A stretch of 64,000 bases of DNA from Escherichia phage vB_EcoM-Ro157lw. A program made the position numbers and the translations under genes. The stretch lies in sequence record MH051335.1, one strand, 5' to 3'. The notes below the pieces were generated by a model. The model did not search any database, had not been told where the DNA came from, and was given only the letters and a program-made list of their open reading frames with translations. Each line of letters begins with the position of its first letter. The first letter of the stretch is position 1. This document shows, in pieces, positions 37,828 to 47,678 of the stretch.

Positions 37828-38040
37828 TTATTTTACGGCTTCAACTTGGACGGGCGGAGCGGAACTTGTATCAATGTCTGGCAAGTCGAAGTAATACCCC
37901 GCCATACCAATCACACCCACAATCGCGGCCCGTGCCACCTTGCTGCTAATTGACTCCCCAATAAGCTTTACCAACAGGGATAAGATTTGAGACGTCAAAG
38001 CCTTTTTCAGCCTTTTGTTTTCTTCCAAATCTTTCTGCAT
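37828..38040 (-). CDS. small protein with C-terminal TM segment (ATG at 38040; track extends to TTG 38058)
   Basis: ORF track; GGGTGG SD. Confidence 0.45.
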   Translation of the reverse strand: MQKDLEENKRLKKALTSQILSLLVKLIGESISSKVARAAIVGVIGMAGYYFDLPDIDTSSAPPVQVEAVK

Positions 38041-38054
38041 AACTACCACCCATG

Positions 38055-38597
38055 TCAACGCACTTCCTGTGTCTTAACATTACCTGAAGCATCTCTCAAG
38101 GGCAGTGGATAGTAGGCCATTTGGTAGTCTGATACGCCTTCAATGTGATAAAACACGATTACGTCTTTGCTGTTGATGAGCATGTTAACGACATCTGATT
38201 TATCTTCTGGAGTGAGTATTAGTGCGCCGCCTGTCCTGCTGTCTACTGCAACAGGGTATGTCTTGTCGACAAGGCCGCTGTCCAATGTATTATACCTGAC
38301 AACGATTTCAGGGGCATCAACTTTTGCCATTGACATTCCGAACACAAACGACACTACTTGTCGACCGCGATCATTCATTACGCACATCTTTTCTTTGTCA
38401 AATCTTTCTTTTATTACGTCGTATTTGTTCCAGCAGAACTCAAAGGATTGCCCATTGTTGAAATATCTTGTCAAAACTTTTGCACTTCCATTCGGCGGCG
38501 TAAACATATTTTCAGCCGATGCAGTCTTGGTGAAGAATATAACTGTCAGCATAGCCATGATGATGATCAAAACAATCTTTAATTTGTTCGCTTTCAT
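38055..38597 (-). CDS. secreted/periplasmic protein (N-terminal signal peptide)
   Basis: Signal-like N-terminus MKANKLKIVLIIIMAMLTVIFFTKTASA; AAGGTGA SD. Confidence 0.55.
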   Translation of the reverse strand: MKANKLKIVLIIIMAMLTVIFFTKTASAENMFTPPNGSAKVLTRYFNNGQSFEFCWNKYDVIKERFDKEKMCVMNDRGRQVVSFVFGMSMAKVDAPEIVVRYNTLDSGLVDKTYPVAVDSRTGGALILTPEDKSDVVNMLINSKDVIVFYHIEGVSDYQMAYYPLPLRDASGNVKTQEVR

Positions 38598-38678
38598 TAT
38601 AATTCACCTTTTGATTATGAATATTAATAGTATAGGCTCAAGGTTTTGAAAGTAAATACGCCGAAAGTAAATAAAAGA

Positions 38679-38700
38679 AAAGCCGGAAATTTCCGGCTTT
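38679..38700. terminator. 22-bp perfect palindrome AAAGCCGGAAATTTCCGGCTTT, bidirectional terminator-like
   Basis: Direct reading downstream of ligase gene. Confidence 0.55.
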
Positions 38701-38772
38701 ATGTATACACTGTATATTAAATTCTAGAAAACAGCGCGATAGATTATACGCACCAATTATTTATCCAGTGTG

Positions 38773-39747
38773 TTAAAAATACTCCATATCGGTGATATCA
38801 CGGAAGCACTTATACAAGGCAGAGCGCGGCACGTCAACTATGCCAAAGTTAAAGAATTTATATGTCAGATACTTGTTTCGATAATTCTCGCGATTCTCCC
38901 AAAGCATTTTTCTCTCTGCCATAGGCATTGAACCAGCGGAGACGCGGAAGGGAATCATTTCACCTTTCTCATCAACATATTTTGGATTGACAACCACAAA
39001 TGATCCAAGGTATCCTTTTGCAACTAAGCCTTCAGCCTCTTTCGAACGCTTAGTGCGACCCAGCTCATCAATGAATGCTTCGTTGTTGTTCTCCATCATC
39101 TCAACGAAGTCTATGATCAGTCCTTCTTCATCGGTCCACGGCTTGTCCTTCCACACATCACGTGACTTTGGCGTCGCGCGGCCATGCTTGTATTTGCCCG
39201 TCCAAGACTTGCCATACAAGCCTTCATAGCCAAGCTGGTCTGCTTCGATTTGCATCGCCGCGTACTGTTCCATATTTTCGATGTTTCGATATTCGAGAGC
39301 GCGAAGGAATGGGCGTCGACCATGGTTGATGAGGTGCTGATTGACTTCAGCAACTCTAGCGCGATAGTTTGCATAACGTTTTTCAAAAGGCAAATCAGGG
39401 TCGCTGAAGTCATCAAACACCCACCATGTAAAGTTAGTGATTGCATCAGTGTTCATGCATGCAGTATAGGCCTGTTGCATGACGTTCTTGTCGTTCGGAT
39501 TGCCGTCAATTAGCTCTCCATCAAGGCCGTGAATCAATTCACCCAAAAAGAGGAACTCTTTCTTGATTTGAATGTTGCGCAACGCCATGCCGGACGTGCC
39601 CATTGGCAAATTGTCATATGCCATCGCGCGTATGCCATCGACCTTGAATGACAGTCCGCAAGGCAGCGGCACATCTTCGCCGCGCTCGATGATTTGTTTA
39701 CGCTGGCACCCTTTCATTGGTTTTAATGCTTTGATTTCTCCTGCCAT
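38773..39747 (-). CDS. ATP-dependent DNA ligase (small phage type)
   Basis: Motif I KVDGIR, motif III LDGELI, EGLYGK/EGLVAK motifs; ATG at 39747 (track extends to GTG 39750). Confidence 0.65.
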   Translation of the reverse strand: MAGEIKALKPMKGCQRKQIIERGEDVPLPCGLSFKVDGIRAMAYDNLPMGTSGMALRNIQIKKEFLFLGELIHGLDGELIDGNPNDKNVMQQAYTACMNTDAITNFTWWVFDDFSDPDLPFEKRYANYRARVAEVNQHLINHGRRPFLRALEYRNIENMEQYAAMQIEADQLGYEGLYGKSWTGKYKHGRATPKSRDVWKDKPWTDEEGLIIDFVEMMENNNEAFIDELGRTKRSKEAEGLVAKGYLGSFVVVNPKYVDEKGEMIPFRVSAGSMPMAERKMLWENRENYRNKYLTYKFFNFGIVDVPRSALYKCFRDITDMEYF

Positions 39748-40340
39748 CACTCAAACTCCTTATTCATCACTTGTTCCATTGCATAGGCGTAAGCCTGATC
39801 AGTCGATTTGATAAACGTTCCGTTGTACATCACTCCTTTACGGTCCTTGATGTCTTCATAGGCGGCTTGAGCGCAATCAGACAGTCGAAGTCCATAATCA
39901 TGCGCTACGCCGGAAAGATAATCGACTGCGGCCATGATGGTGACATCAATATCCATACTCTGATTTTTAGCAATGGCGTCACCAAGCCGTCCGAGAGTCT
40001 TTGCCAAGCGAAGGATAAACGAGTGAGGGTGGGCACCTTTGTCAGCGCAACCGCCGCCGTTGATGTCTTCGATTTTTGCACCATTTTGCGCGGCAAGAAT
40101 AGTTAACACAACAAGGCAATCGCCGATGTCATCCTTGATTGCGGCTTGTAAATCACAGATGGCCTGCTCTGTATATCCGATTTCAGGGTCAAAGAACACA
40201 AGGTCATGTAATTGATCAATGTGGTCGGTCAACTCCCCAAACTCGCTAATAAGCTTCGGGTATTGGTCCTTAAGGTCGCAGCCTTGGATGATGTTACGGT
40301 CAGAAGCCCACTGGCGAATGTTTGCATAAATCTGGTTCAT
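39747..40340 (-). CDS. MazG-like nucleotide pyrophosphohydrolase (tentative)
   Basis: Acidic helical motifs ISEFGELTD and DDIGDCLVVLTILA; AAAGGA SD. Confidence 0.4.
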   Translation of the reverse strand: MNQIYANIRQWASDRNIIQGCDLKDQYPKLISEFGELTDHIDQLHDLVFFDPEIGYTEQAICDLQAAIKDDIGDCLVVLTILAAQNGAKIEDINGGGCADKGAHPHSFILRLAKTLGRLGDAIAKNQSMDIDVTIMAAVDYLSGVAHDYGLRLSDCAQAAYEDIKDRKGVMYNGTFIKSTDQAYAYAMEQVMNKEFE

Positions 40341-40855
40341 TTATTTTCCTTTGATGCATTGAATTGATCGATTTTAATTTTAGCCTGATTATAAGTATCA
40401 ATCAAGCTATTAACCTTCTCTTTTAATCGGTTTGTTTCTGCGGCGAACTGAACAAGAAAACTGACATCTTCTTCTGATAGTCCACAGTTTCCTTCTGGGA
40501 TAGAGAGGCGTCCAGTGGTCGCAGAGTCGGGCATACTCCTGAGTAATTCACGGGAGCAGCTGAGTTGCTCGCGCAGCTTGATATTCCCAGACTTGTAACG
40601 AGCAATAGTGTCATCAGCAACCAGTTGCGCTTCCTGGCGACCCTTCTCATATGCCGATGCCGATTCAACCTGTAAAGATGCAATTTGCTCTTCGAGTGCA
40701 TTTATCTTGTCCTTACGCTCATTGAGCGATGTCAGATATTGATTATCCTTGGCCAGTGATGCGTTGGTTTGCTGAAGGTCTTCAACGTATGATCCAGCGG
40801 CGAACGCGCCAACAAGGGCCAGAATCTTCAGAAGCGGCACAATTCTTTCTATCAT
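40337..40855 (-). CDS. i-spanin (Rz-like)
   Basis: N-terminal TM then long coiled coil; contains an embedded lipoprotein ORF in another frame. Confidence 0.5.
   Translation of the reverse strand: MIERIVPLLKILALVGAFAAGSYVEDLQQTNASLAKDNQYLTSLNERKDKINALEEQIASLQVESASAYEKGRQEAQLVADDTIARYKSGNIKLREQLSCSRELLRSMPDSATTGRLSIPEGNCGLSEEDVSFLVQFAAETNRLKEKVNSLIDTYNQAKIKIDQFNASKENK
40423..40650 (-). CDS. o-spanin (Rz1-like lipoprotein) embedded in the i-spanin gene
   Basis: Alternate-frame ORF: MRRVARKRNWLLMTLLLVTSLGISS then Cys (lipobox-like ISSC); mature part has Pro and a second Cys. Confidence 0.45.
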   Translation of the reverse strand: MRRVARKRNWLLMTLLLVTSLGISSCASNSAAPVNYSGVCPTLRPLDASLSQKETVDYQKKMSVFLFSSPQKQTD

Positions 40856-40912
40856 GATGCACCAGATAAATAAAAGGCCGCCAATCGGCAGCCTTGTTGA
40901 TTTGATTGTCGA

Positions 40913-41773
40913 TTAAAACTCTTCTGCGTCGGTCGGAGTTTCATTAACAGGGCCAGCGGCACCGCTTGCTTCTTCCTGCTTGCTGCGGTCAATGTTAACG
41001 TTGCCGCCAACTACATCGTTGTGGAATGCTTTGGCGACTTCATACAGACCTTTGTCCTGCACCAGACCTTCCAGCTCAAACTTCAGAACTGACCAGGTGT
41101 TGCCATCTTTAGACTGAGACGCAGTACCCATGCGAACGATGTTCATGAAGGTCGGCGGAGTTTTCAGGCCCTGCGGAGTCTGAACTTTCTTCTGCTGCAG
41201 AGCGGTCATCAGCATGCGAGACGGCTTGATCATGGAAGAAGTCAGAGACAGCATTGCGCTACCAAATTCACCAGTTTCTTCGTTCAACAGGATCACAAAG
41301 TGGTTACGTGTATCTGCGTAGTAAGGTGATTTCTTCTCGTGCACCTTGCCGTTTTCGTCTGGCACAAACACCTTACCGTTGATTTCAACAGCGCGGCCTG
41401 CTGCGACTTCTGCATCAACGTGCTCTTTGGTGAATTCACCTTTAAAGCCTTTATCGTCGGACTCGCGACCGCCCCAAAGGATGAAGGTGCGTTTGAATGC
41501 GCAAGGGATGATCTGCACACCTTTCTTGCCGTCATACAATTCACCAGTAACGGTGTTGTACAACATACCAGCTTTTGCGCCAGGAACGTGTTTTGGATCA
41601 TCTTCGTCGACCATCGGAGACATCTTTTGCAGTACGACGATAAAAGGAATGGCATAAGCGTCGGCATCGGCACCTTCAAAGCCAGCGCCAAAATCGGTCA
41701 TGTCGACAAAATCAGCCATAGCGGACATCTGGGTGTTTTTCACTGCAACTTCGGTAGTTTCTTTCTTAGACAT
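40913..41773 (-). CDS. hypothetical protein with acidic C-terminal tail ending in Phe (SSB-like feature)
   Basis: C-terminus ETPTDAEEF. Confidence 0.4.
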   Translation of the reverse strand: MSKKETTEVAVKNTQMSAMADFVDMTDFGAGFEGADADAYAIPFIVVLQKMSPMVDEDDPKHVPGAKAGMLYNTVTGELYDGKKGVQIIPCAFKRTFILWGGRESDDKGFKGEFTKEHVDAEVAAGRAVEINGKVFVPDENGKVHEKKSPYYADTRNHFVILLNEETGEFGSAMLSLTSSMIKPSRMLMTALQQKKVQTPQGLKTPPTFMNIVRMGTASQSKDGNTWSVLKFELEGLVQDKGLYEVAKAFHNDVVGGNVNIDRSKQEEASGAAGPVNETPTDAEEF

Positions 41774-41832
41774 TTGATGTTTTCCTATAGTATCAAGTTT
41801 CGTGGCAACCTGATTTCAAGATAAAGGTTAAA

Positions 41833-42390
41833 TTACTTTTTGCTTTTAGGCAAGGTTATTTTAGCTTCTTTATACTCAAAAACGCTAATATCTTCACTAA
41901 CTGGATTACCCGCTTCCAGCTGTTCTTTTACAAATGACTTCAGTGTAGCAGAGTGAACGCCTTGTTTCAACGTGGCTTCAACACCATCTTCACGCAGCGC
42001 GGCAACAATCTCTTGCGCTTGCTCGATTTCTTCGCGACCGAACTCAGCCGTGACGCTGGACTTGATCAAGCCGCCGTAACCGTTGTTGACAAGCCAATCG
42101 AATACCTTCAATTCATTTTCTTTCTTGATTGAAGCATTGACTTTTGACTCGACCTTGATTTTGGTCTTGTCTTCAAGCTTGATTTCGGACACGCCAAGCT
42201 CATCCATGACGCCAGGAAGCAGAACAGTTTTGATTTCACTGATGCGCTGCTTTTGCATATCAGCTTCATCTTCAAGCTCTGTCAAAGCTTCTTGGCGCTC
42301 TGCCAATTCCGATACTAAGCGCGCAAGGCGCTCTTGGATGCTCTCAGGAGCGACCTGCGGCAAATCATCTTCCCAATTAATATTGCTCAT
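41833..42390 (-). CDS. hypothetical coiled-coil protein
   Basis: ORF track. Confidence 0.55.
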   Translation of the reverse strand: MSNINWEDDLPQVAPESIQERLARLVSELAERQEALTELEDEADMQKQRISEIKTVLLPGVMDELGVSEIKLEDKTKIKVESKVNASIKKENELKVFDWLVNNGYGGLIKSSVTAEFGREEIEQAQEIVAALREDGVEATLKQGVHSATLKSFVKEQLEAGNPVSEDISVFEYKEAKITLPKSKK

Positions 42391-42650
42391 ATTTTACCTT
42401 CTTGCATTAGCCCTTCAACACGGGTCATTTGATAACGTTCAGGTTTCCAAGCCGCCAAAGCCTTCTCAGCGCCTTTTAAGGTTTTATATGCCTTGATGCC
42501 AGGCATAATAACGGTATTCACCCCAGCACCGTTGCCATAATCAAACTCTTTTACAACGCGGAACATGCCGTCAATTTCTTTGACCAAAAGACGTTTGAAC
42601 GCGATTGCGCCAGTAGCTTCATTTTTGTAACGTTCAAGGATGCGTACCAT
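42387..42650 (-). CDS. hypothetical protein
   Basis: ORF track; AGAGGA SD. Confidence 0.55.
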   Translation of the reverse strand: MVRILERYKNEATGAIAFKRLLVKEIDGMFRVVKEFDYGNGAGVNTVIMPGIKAYKTLKGAEKALAAWKPERYQMTRVEGLMQEGKI

Positions 42651-42724
42651 TTTGTATTCCTCTATTTCGTTTCGATGAAGTAATTATGACTCATCTTCCG
42701 TGACAAGTCAAATTATTTTTGATA

Positions 42725-44248
42725 TTAATTCATCTTTTTGCCGTCGAGGATGTGATCAGCAAGCATTGACTTCATACTGAGTGAACGCTGAATTTCTTCG
42801 TCGATGGTATCAACACCAATAAAATCAACATACAACACGCTTGATTTGGTGCCGATGCGGTGATTTCGGTCTTCGGATTGCTTGCGCAACTCGTTATCGT
42901 AGTTGCAAGAATAATAAATTGCCAAGTCGGCGGCGGTAAGCGTGATGCCGATGCCTGCCGCTGCAGCGTGGCAAACCAAGACTTGCGTTCCGCCGTTCTC
43001 GACTGTATTCTTCTGGAAGTCATCAATTAAGAACTCTCGCTGCTCTTTGGACGTTTCACCATTGTATACACCAGTGACCACGCCTTCAGACTCAAGCCAG
43101 TCCTTAATCTGGTTCATCTCTTCCTTAAAGATGGCCCAAACGATGAATTTGCGCTCTGGGTCGTCTTCCAGCACACCTTCCACATAATCCTTAAAGGCCG
43201 TGAATCGTGGGTTGTCTTCCATGTAGACCATCTCATCATACACCTTAACAAAGCCGGATGTAACCTGCTTCATCTTAGTGCGAGACGCGATCATCTCAAA
43301 CTTGACGTTTTCTTCTTCGCCCTTGTATTCCATCAAATAGTTGTACTCATTCTTGAGTTCATCGTAAACATCACGTTGTTTAGGCGACAACTCGAAGTCG
43401 ATAAACTTGTACACCTTCTCTGGAAGGTCCGGCAAGTATTCCGCTTTTGTCGCACGAAAATAGTGCGGTTCCATCAGCCGGATAAGCTTGTCAAGGTTTT
43501 TGTACATCGGTCGACCAAACTGGTCTTTGCGCGGCACTTGCGGAATCCCATAACCATTGCCGCCGATTTTCTTGAGGATGGCTTGCATCTCTGGGTCGTG
43601 CGCTTCAAGTAGCACTGTAAATTCAGAGTTAAAGGCACGGAATGATTTGGTGCCGAGCAATCCTGCTTCAAGGAAGTGGTATTGCATGTAAATATCCGCA
43701 GGCGAGCGCGGCAACGGCGTGCCAGAAAGGATTCGACGGGCCTTTGCCAGCCGTCCCAATTCCACAACCTTGATGGAGCGTTTGGCTGTGTTATTCTTGA
43801 TGCGCGTTGATTCGTCGATGATCATCAGGCAGCGGTACTTCTTCAAGACCGACTCGATGTGTTGATAACCGACTGGTGTGTTGACAGTATCGATGTTGAA
43901 TGAGAAGATGCGCGCAGGCACTTCGCCTTCGGGGTAGTGATCAGCAAACATCTTCTCCCAAAGCGCCTTGCCCTTTTTAGTTTTCATCTTATCGTTGCCG
44001 CACCAGTAGTGCCCAATCCACTTGATGGAAAGGTGCTCTGGCGCTTCACGACGAATCCAGTTTGAGTGGACCCCGTTTGGAGCGATGACGACCATGGCGT
44101 CGAAAGCGCCAGCGGTGAAGTGCTTTTCAAACTCTGCCAAAGCGGTCCAAGTTTTACCAAGACCCTGTTCCATGAAATAGGCAAAGTATTTTCTGCGGCC
44201 TGCTTTATCAAGCGCCAGAAGCTGGTGGCGCATCCCTTGTGTTTTCAT
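42725..44248 (-). CDS. SNF2-family helicase
   Basis: DExx box MIIDESTRIKN, motif III ILSGTPL, motif VI QSEDRNHRIG. Confidence 0.8.
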   Translation of the reverse strand: MKTQGMRHQLLALDKAGRRKYFAYFMEQGLGKTWTALAEFEKHFTAGAFDAMVVIAPNGVHSNWIRREAPEHLSIKWIGHYWCGNDKMKTKKGKALWEKMFADHYPEGEVPARIFSFNIDTVNTPVGYQHIESVLKKYRCLMIIDESTRIKNNTAKRSIKVVELGRLAKARRILSGTPLPRSPADIYMQYHFLEAGLLGTKSFRAFNSEFTVLLEAHDPEMQAILKKIGGNGYGIPQVPRKDQFGRPMYKNLDKLIRLMEPHYFRATKAEYLPDLPEKVYKFIDFELSPKQRDVYDELKNEYNYLMEYKGEEENVKFEMIASRTKMKQVTSGFVKVYDEMVYMEDNPRFTAFKDYVEGVLEDDPERKFIVWAIFKEEMNQIKDWLESEGVVTGVYNGETSKEQREFLIDDFQKNTVENGGTQVLVCHAAAAGIGITLTAADLAIYYSCNYDNELRKQSEDRNHRIGTKSSVLYVDFIGVDTIDEEIQRSLSMKSMLADHILDGKKMN

Positions 44249-44667
44249 GACAATTCCTCTAAATACTTGATGATGTGATGGATGGACCCGCTCGCGGCGA
44301 CCATATCCAAAATCTCACCCTTAGTATATTCTTTTAATCGCAATGAAGGGTGAACTAAATAATAAGCCTTTTCAGAATCTACCTTCAGCAGCACAAATGA
44401 CGAGAACTTCCAATCATTCCAAGAAGTCAAAAAGCTTTGTTGGCCTTTCTCAAATGCACTTTTAAAAGGAAGAGTGGTGGCCCTTGCAGGCCACGATTCA
44501 AAAAACTTCATTTCAAGCCAAAAGCCGCGCCCTTTCCGGTTGGTGCCGATTACATCCGGCACACCATCACCCGTCATGGATTCGATTCTTTGAAGCTTCA
44601 GTACTGATTCTGAATGCTTCTTCAAAGGAACGAAAATGTATTTTTGTTCACGGTTATTTGTTGCCAT
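44245..44667 (-). CDS. VRR-NUC domain nuclease
   Basis: PD-(D/E)xK-type motif GVPDVIG...WLEMK; paired with SNF2 helicase. Confidence 0.6.
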   Translation of the reverse strand: MATNNREQKYIFVPLKKHSESVLKLQRIESMTGDGVPDVIGTNRKGRGFWLEMKFFESWPARATTLPFKSAFEKGQQSFLTSWNDWKFSSFVLLKVDSEKAYYLVHPSLRLKEYTKGEILDMVAASGSIHHIIKYLEELS

Positions 44668-45310
44668 CTGGATACACCTGTTTGATCACGTCGACTATAA
44701 ACATGTCAATGCCTTCAAGCTTTCGACCTTTCATCAGGAAGAATGCACCGTTCCCGACGTTCTCTGCAATGTATTTCCCGTATTTCTGGAACTTCTCTGG
44801 ACGAATCCTGAAGCGCATTGGCGAGTCGGTCGAGTCGTCCTTGCACATAAGGTCGATGAACTGAGTTTCAAGCTTGTTTCCATACTGATCAAACTCTGCG
44901 TAGCGGCCATCGGCCTGAAGACCCTTTTTAAGCTTGCCGTGCTTTGTATAAATGCCGCGCTCAAGACGTTTACGGATGCGTGTTGCTTCGTTCTCGTCAG
45001 CCAGCACTTTCTTGGTCAACTTGCCGATTACTATTGCACGCTCGTCATCGCCGACTTCCTTCATCTGACGTATTGAAGCACCGGAAGTAACGCCAATCAG
45101 ATAGGGGTCATTATACGCCCAGCCAAACTTGGTGTGCATCTCTGTAAGGTCGCCGTATTTGACTTCAGCATTGGCCAATGCATCCTTTTGTTTTTGCGTT
45201 AAGGTTCCGGCTTCACGTGCTTCGATGTACTTCATCGCTTTCACCATTCCGTACCCTTTAGCGTTCATGATGCCGCCAATTAGCTTTCCGTTAGCGATTG
45301 GCCAATGCAT
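44654..45310 (-). pseudogene. C-terminal fragment of the DnaE-like polymerase, separated from the main ORF by a frameshifting 127-bp tandem duplication
   Basis: N-terminus repeats the last 42 aa of ORF 45291..47678 (IANGKLIGGIMNAKGYGMVKAMKYIEAREAGTLTQKQKDALAN); no usable SD at its ATG. Confidence 0.65.
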
Positions 45311-45424
45311 CCTTTTGTTTTTGCGTTAAGGTTCCGGCTTCACGTGCTTCGATGTACTTCATCGCTTTCACCATTCCGTACCCTTTAGCGTTCATGATGC
45401 CGCCAATTAGCTTTCCGTTAGCGA
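45171..45424. repeat. perfect tandem direct duplication, 2 x 127 bp (45171-45297 and 45298-45424)
   Basis: Identical copies read directly; consistent with the ORF-track break. Confidence 0.9.
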
Positions 45425-47678
45425 TGGTCCAGTTCATTGAAGAGTGATCAGGGTCGATTGGCACATAATCCACGCCTTCCTTTGCAAGTTCACGTAATAT
45501 CGCAATCGTCTGGTCTTCGTCCTTGGCAGCGCGTAAGCAAGCAGCGGCAAATTCCAACGGATAGTGTCGTTTAAGCCACAAGGTCCAGTAGGTCACGACC
45601 GCGTATGATACGGAGTGTGACTTGTTAAATCCCCATGACCCGAACGTCGCCATTGCTTGCCAAAGCTTTCTTGCATCAGCTTCCGGTACGCCGTTATTTA
45701 TTGCGCCTGCAACGAAGTCTTCGCCAAGCTTGTTAAAGTATTCCTCACCCTTACGGCCTGACATCGCCTTACGTACAGCGGATGTCTTCGCCCAGTCAAA
45801 TGAACCAATCTCTTTAACCACGGCCATGATTTGCTCTTGGTAAAGAAACACGCCGTAAGTCTCTTTTAAGTACGGCTCAAGCTGCGGCACGTCGTACTCA
45901 ATCGGCGCACGTCCTGCCGCGCGTTCGATGTATTTCTGGGCCATACCGGATGACAACGGGCCAGGTCGGCCAAGTGCTGTCAGGTTATCGATTTTGTTAA
46001 AGTTATCAACGTGCACAAAGTTGGTTACTGAGCGTACAGCGTCGCCTTCGAACTGGAAGATTCCTGACATCTTATTTTCGTTAAGGATGTCAAGGACGCT
46101 TTGATCATTGAGCTTGATTCCGTACAGTGTTTCAGCATCTATCACGCCAGTATCAGAAATGATGCCGAGGGTACGAAGGCCCAATGCATCAAGCTTCAAA
46201 AGGTTAAGGTATTCGCTGTCAGGCTTATCAATTTGTGCAATCCCTTCCGCCGTTACCGTACAGTAATCAGAGATTGGATCATTACACACGATGATTCCCG
46301 CTGCGTGAACGCCAGTGTGGGAAGGGTGAATTTCAAGGTCACCCATGCATCGCGCGGCATCAGGATATTTAGCCACAAACTCTTGGCCCGTGGTCGTTGT
46401 TGCAAAGGTGTCCTCCAGGCCGTGGCCATAACGGGCGTCACCGGATGAGTATTCAAGCAATGCGTTTTTAATGTTGGCCGTTTCGTGATATCCAATGTTG
46501 AATTTCTTACCAACCTGAGCCATTACTGAGTTGGCCTTAAGCGTGTTGATGTTGCCAAGCTTTGCAACGTTCATTTCGCCGTATTTTTCTTTAAGGTAAT
46601 CAAACACCATATAGCGTTTGGTATCCTCAAAGTCAATATCAATATCAGGAAGGTCTGCGCGGCTTACGTCAATGAATCGGGCAAACAGTAGCTTATACGG
46701 GATTGGGTCAACTTCCGTGATGCCGAGGCAATAACAAACCAGTGAACCAGCCGATGAGCCGCGAGCGGGTCCGACGAGCATTTTTGTTTTTGCGAATCGT
46801 ACAAGGTCCGCTACCACCAGAAAGTATGAGTCGAAATCTTTCAGCTGAATCTGGTGAATCTCTTCGTTGAATCGGTCCTCATATTCCTGAGTCCATTCTT
46901 TGATGTGGCCTGCCTTAAGGCGGTACTCCATCCCCTCACGAGCAAGCTTTACCATGTCACCAGCAAGGTGGATAATCGGTGCCTTGCGCAGCTTCAGGTC
47001 AAGTCCCACGATTCCGTTTGCAATGTCAACTGCATTGGCCGTTGCTTGATTCAACTCATCTTCGGTCAATATTCCTTTAAGCTGTTTGCGCAAGTCTTCC
47101 GCGTCAACGATACAGTGCGGCTTGACCGTGTCGCGCACTTCCCAAGCATAAGCAAAGTCAACGTGCTCAGGTGAAGGCATGTGGTTGTATCCGGTTAAAA
47201 CCAGCGGCCTTCCGTTGCTGCGGTGAGCCAATACCTGGCGCTTGGCCAAAAGGAACGATGATGGGTTGACGTCTATATAATCGTAGTCCTCTGGCCGCAG
47301 CAACTCCACGGCCCCGCCACAGAATTTAACGACGCCATCGAGCGCCCCGAACTCTGCACGGGTCAGTCCGCCGCGCTGTGTTGCAAGCGTGGTCGCGTTG
47401 TAAAAGGATTTCAGGTCAAGCGCCAATATCCAAGCCTTCGGTTTGAATCCCTTTTTCGGGTCCGCATCAGGGTCGATGATTGGAATTTCCATGCCGAACA
47501 TAGGCTTAATATCATTTTTCTGGCACTCCTTTTCCCATCGAACGTGACCCCATGTATTGTTATCAACTAATGCCGCGACTTCGCAGCCCAACTCTTTGAG
47601 CCGTGCTATAATTTCAGGATGCCGTCCATATACTTCTTTGAACGTGTAACCGCTGCGAACTCTCAATTGTGGAAACAT
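45291..47678 (-). CDS. dnaE: DNA polymerase III alpha-like (DnaE, C-family) catalytic subunit, interrupted at its 3' end
   Basis: Motifs GPARGSSAGSLVCYCLGITEVDP, GIFQFEG, FNKSHSVSYA; PHP-like N-terminus. Confidence 0.8.
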   Translation of the reverse strand: MFPQLRVRSGYTFKEVYGRHPEIIARLKELGCEVAALVDNNTWGHVRWEKECQKNDIKPMFGMEIPIIDPDADPKKGFKPKAWILALDLKSFYNATTLATQRGGLTRAEFGALDGVVKFCGGAVELLRPEDYDYIDVNPSSFLLAKRQVLAHRSNGRPLVLTGYNHMPSPEHVDFAYAWEVRDTVKPHCIVDAEDLRKQLKGILTEDELNQATANAVDIANGIVGLDLKLRKAPIIHLAGDMVKLAREGMEYRLKAGHIKEWTQEYEDRFNEEIHQIQLKDFDSYFLVVADLVRFAKTKMLVGPARGSSAGSLVCYCLGITEVDPIPYKLLFARFIDVSRADLPDIDIDFEDTKRYMVFDYLKEKYGEMNVAKLGNINTLKANSVMAQVGKKFNIGYHETANIKNALLEYSSGDARYGHGLEDTFATTTTGQEFVAKYPDAARCMGDLEIHPSHTGVHAAGIIVCNDPISDYCTVTAEGIAQIDKPDSEYLNLLKLDALGLRTLGIISDTGVIDAETLYGIKLNDQSVLDILNENKMSGIFQFEGDAVRSVTNFVHVDNFNKIDNLTALGRPGPLSSGMAQKYIERAAGRAPIEYDVPQLEPYLKETYGVFLYQEQIMAVVKEIGSFDWAKTSAVRKAMSGRKGEEYFNKLGEDFVAGAINNGVPEADARKLWQAMATFGSWGFNKSHSVSYAVVTYWTLWLKRHYPLEFAAACLRAAKDEDQTIAILRELAKEGVDYVPIDPDHSSMNWTIANGKLIGGIMNAKGYGMVKAMKYIEAREAGTLTQKQKDALANR

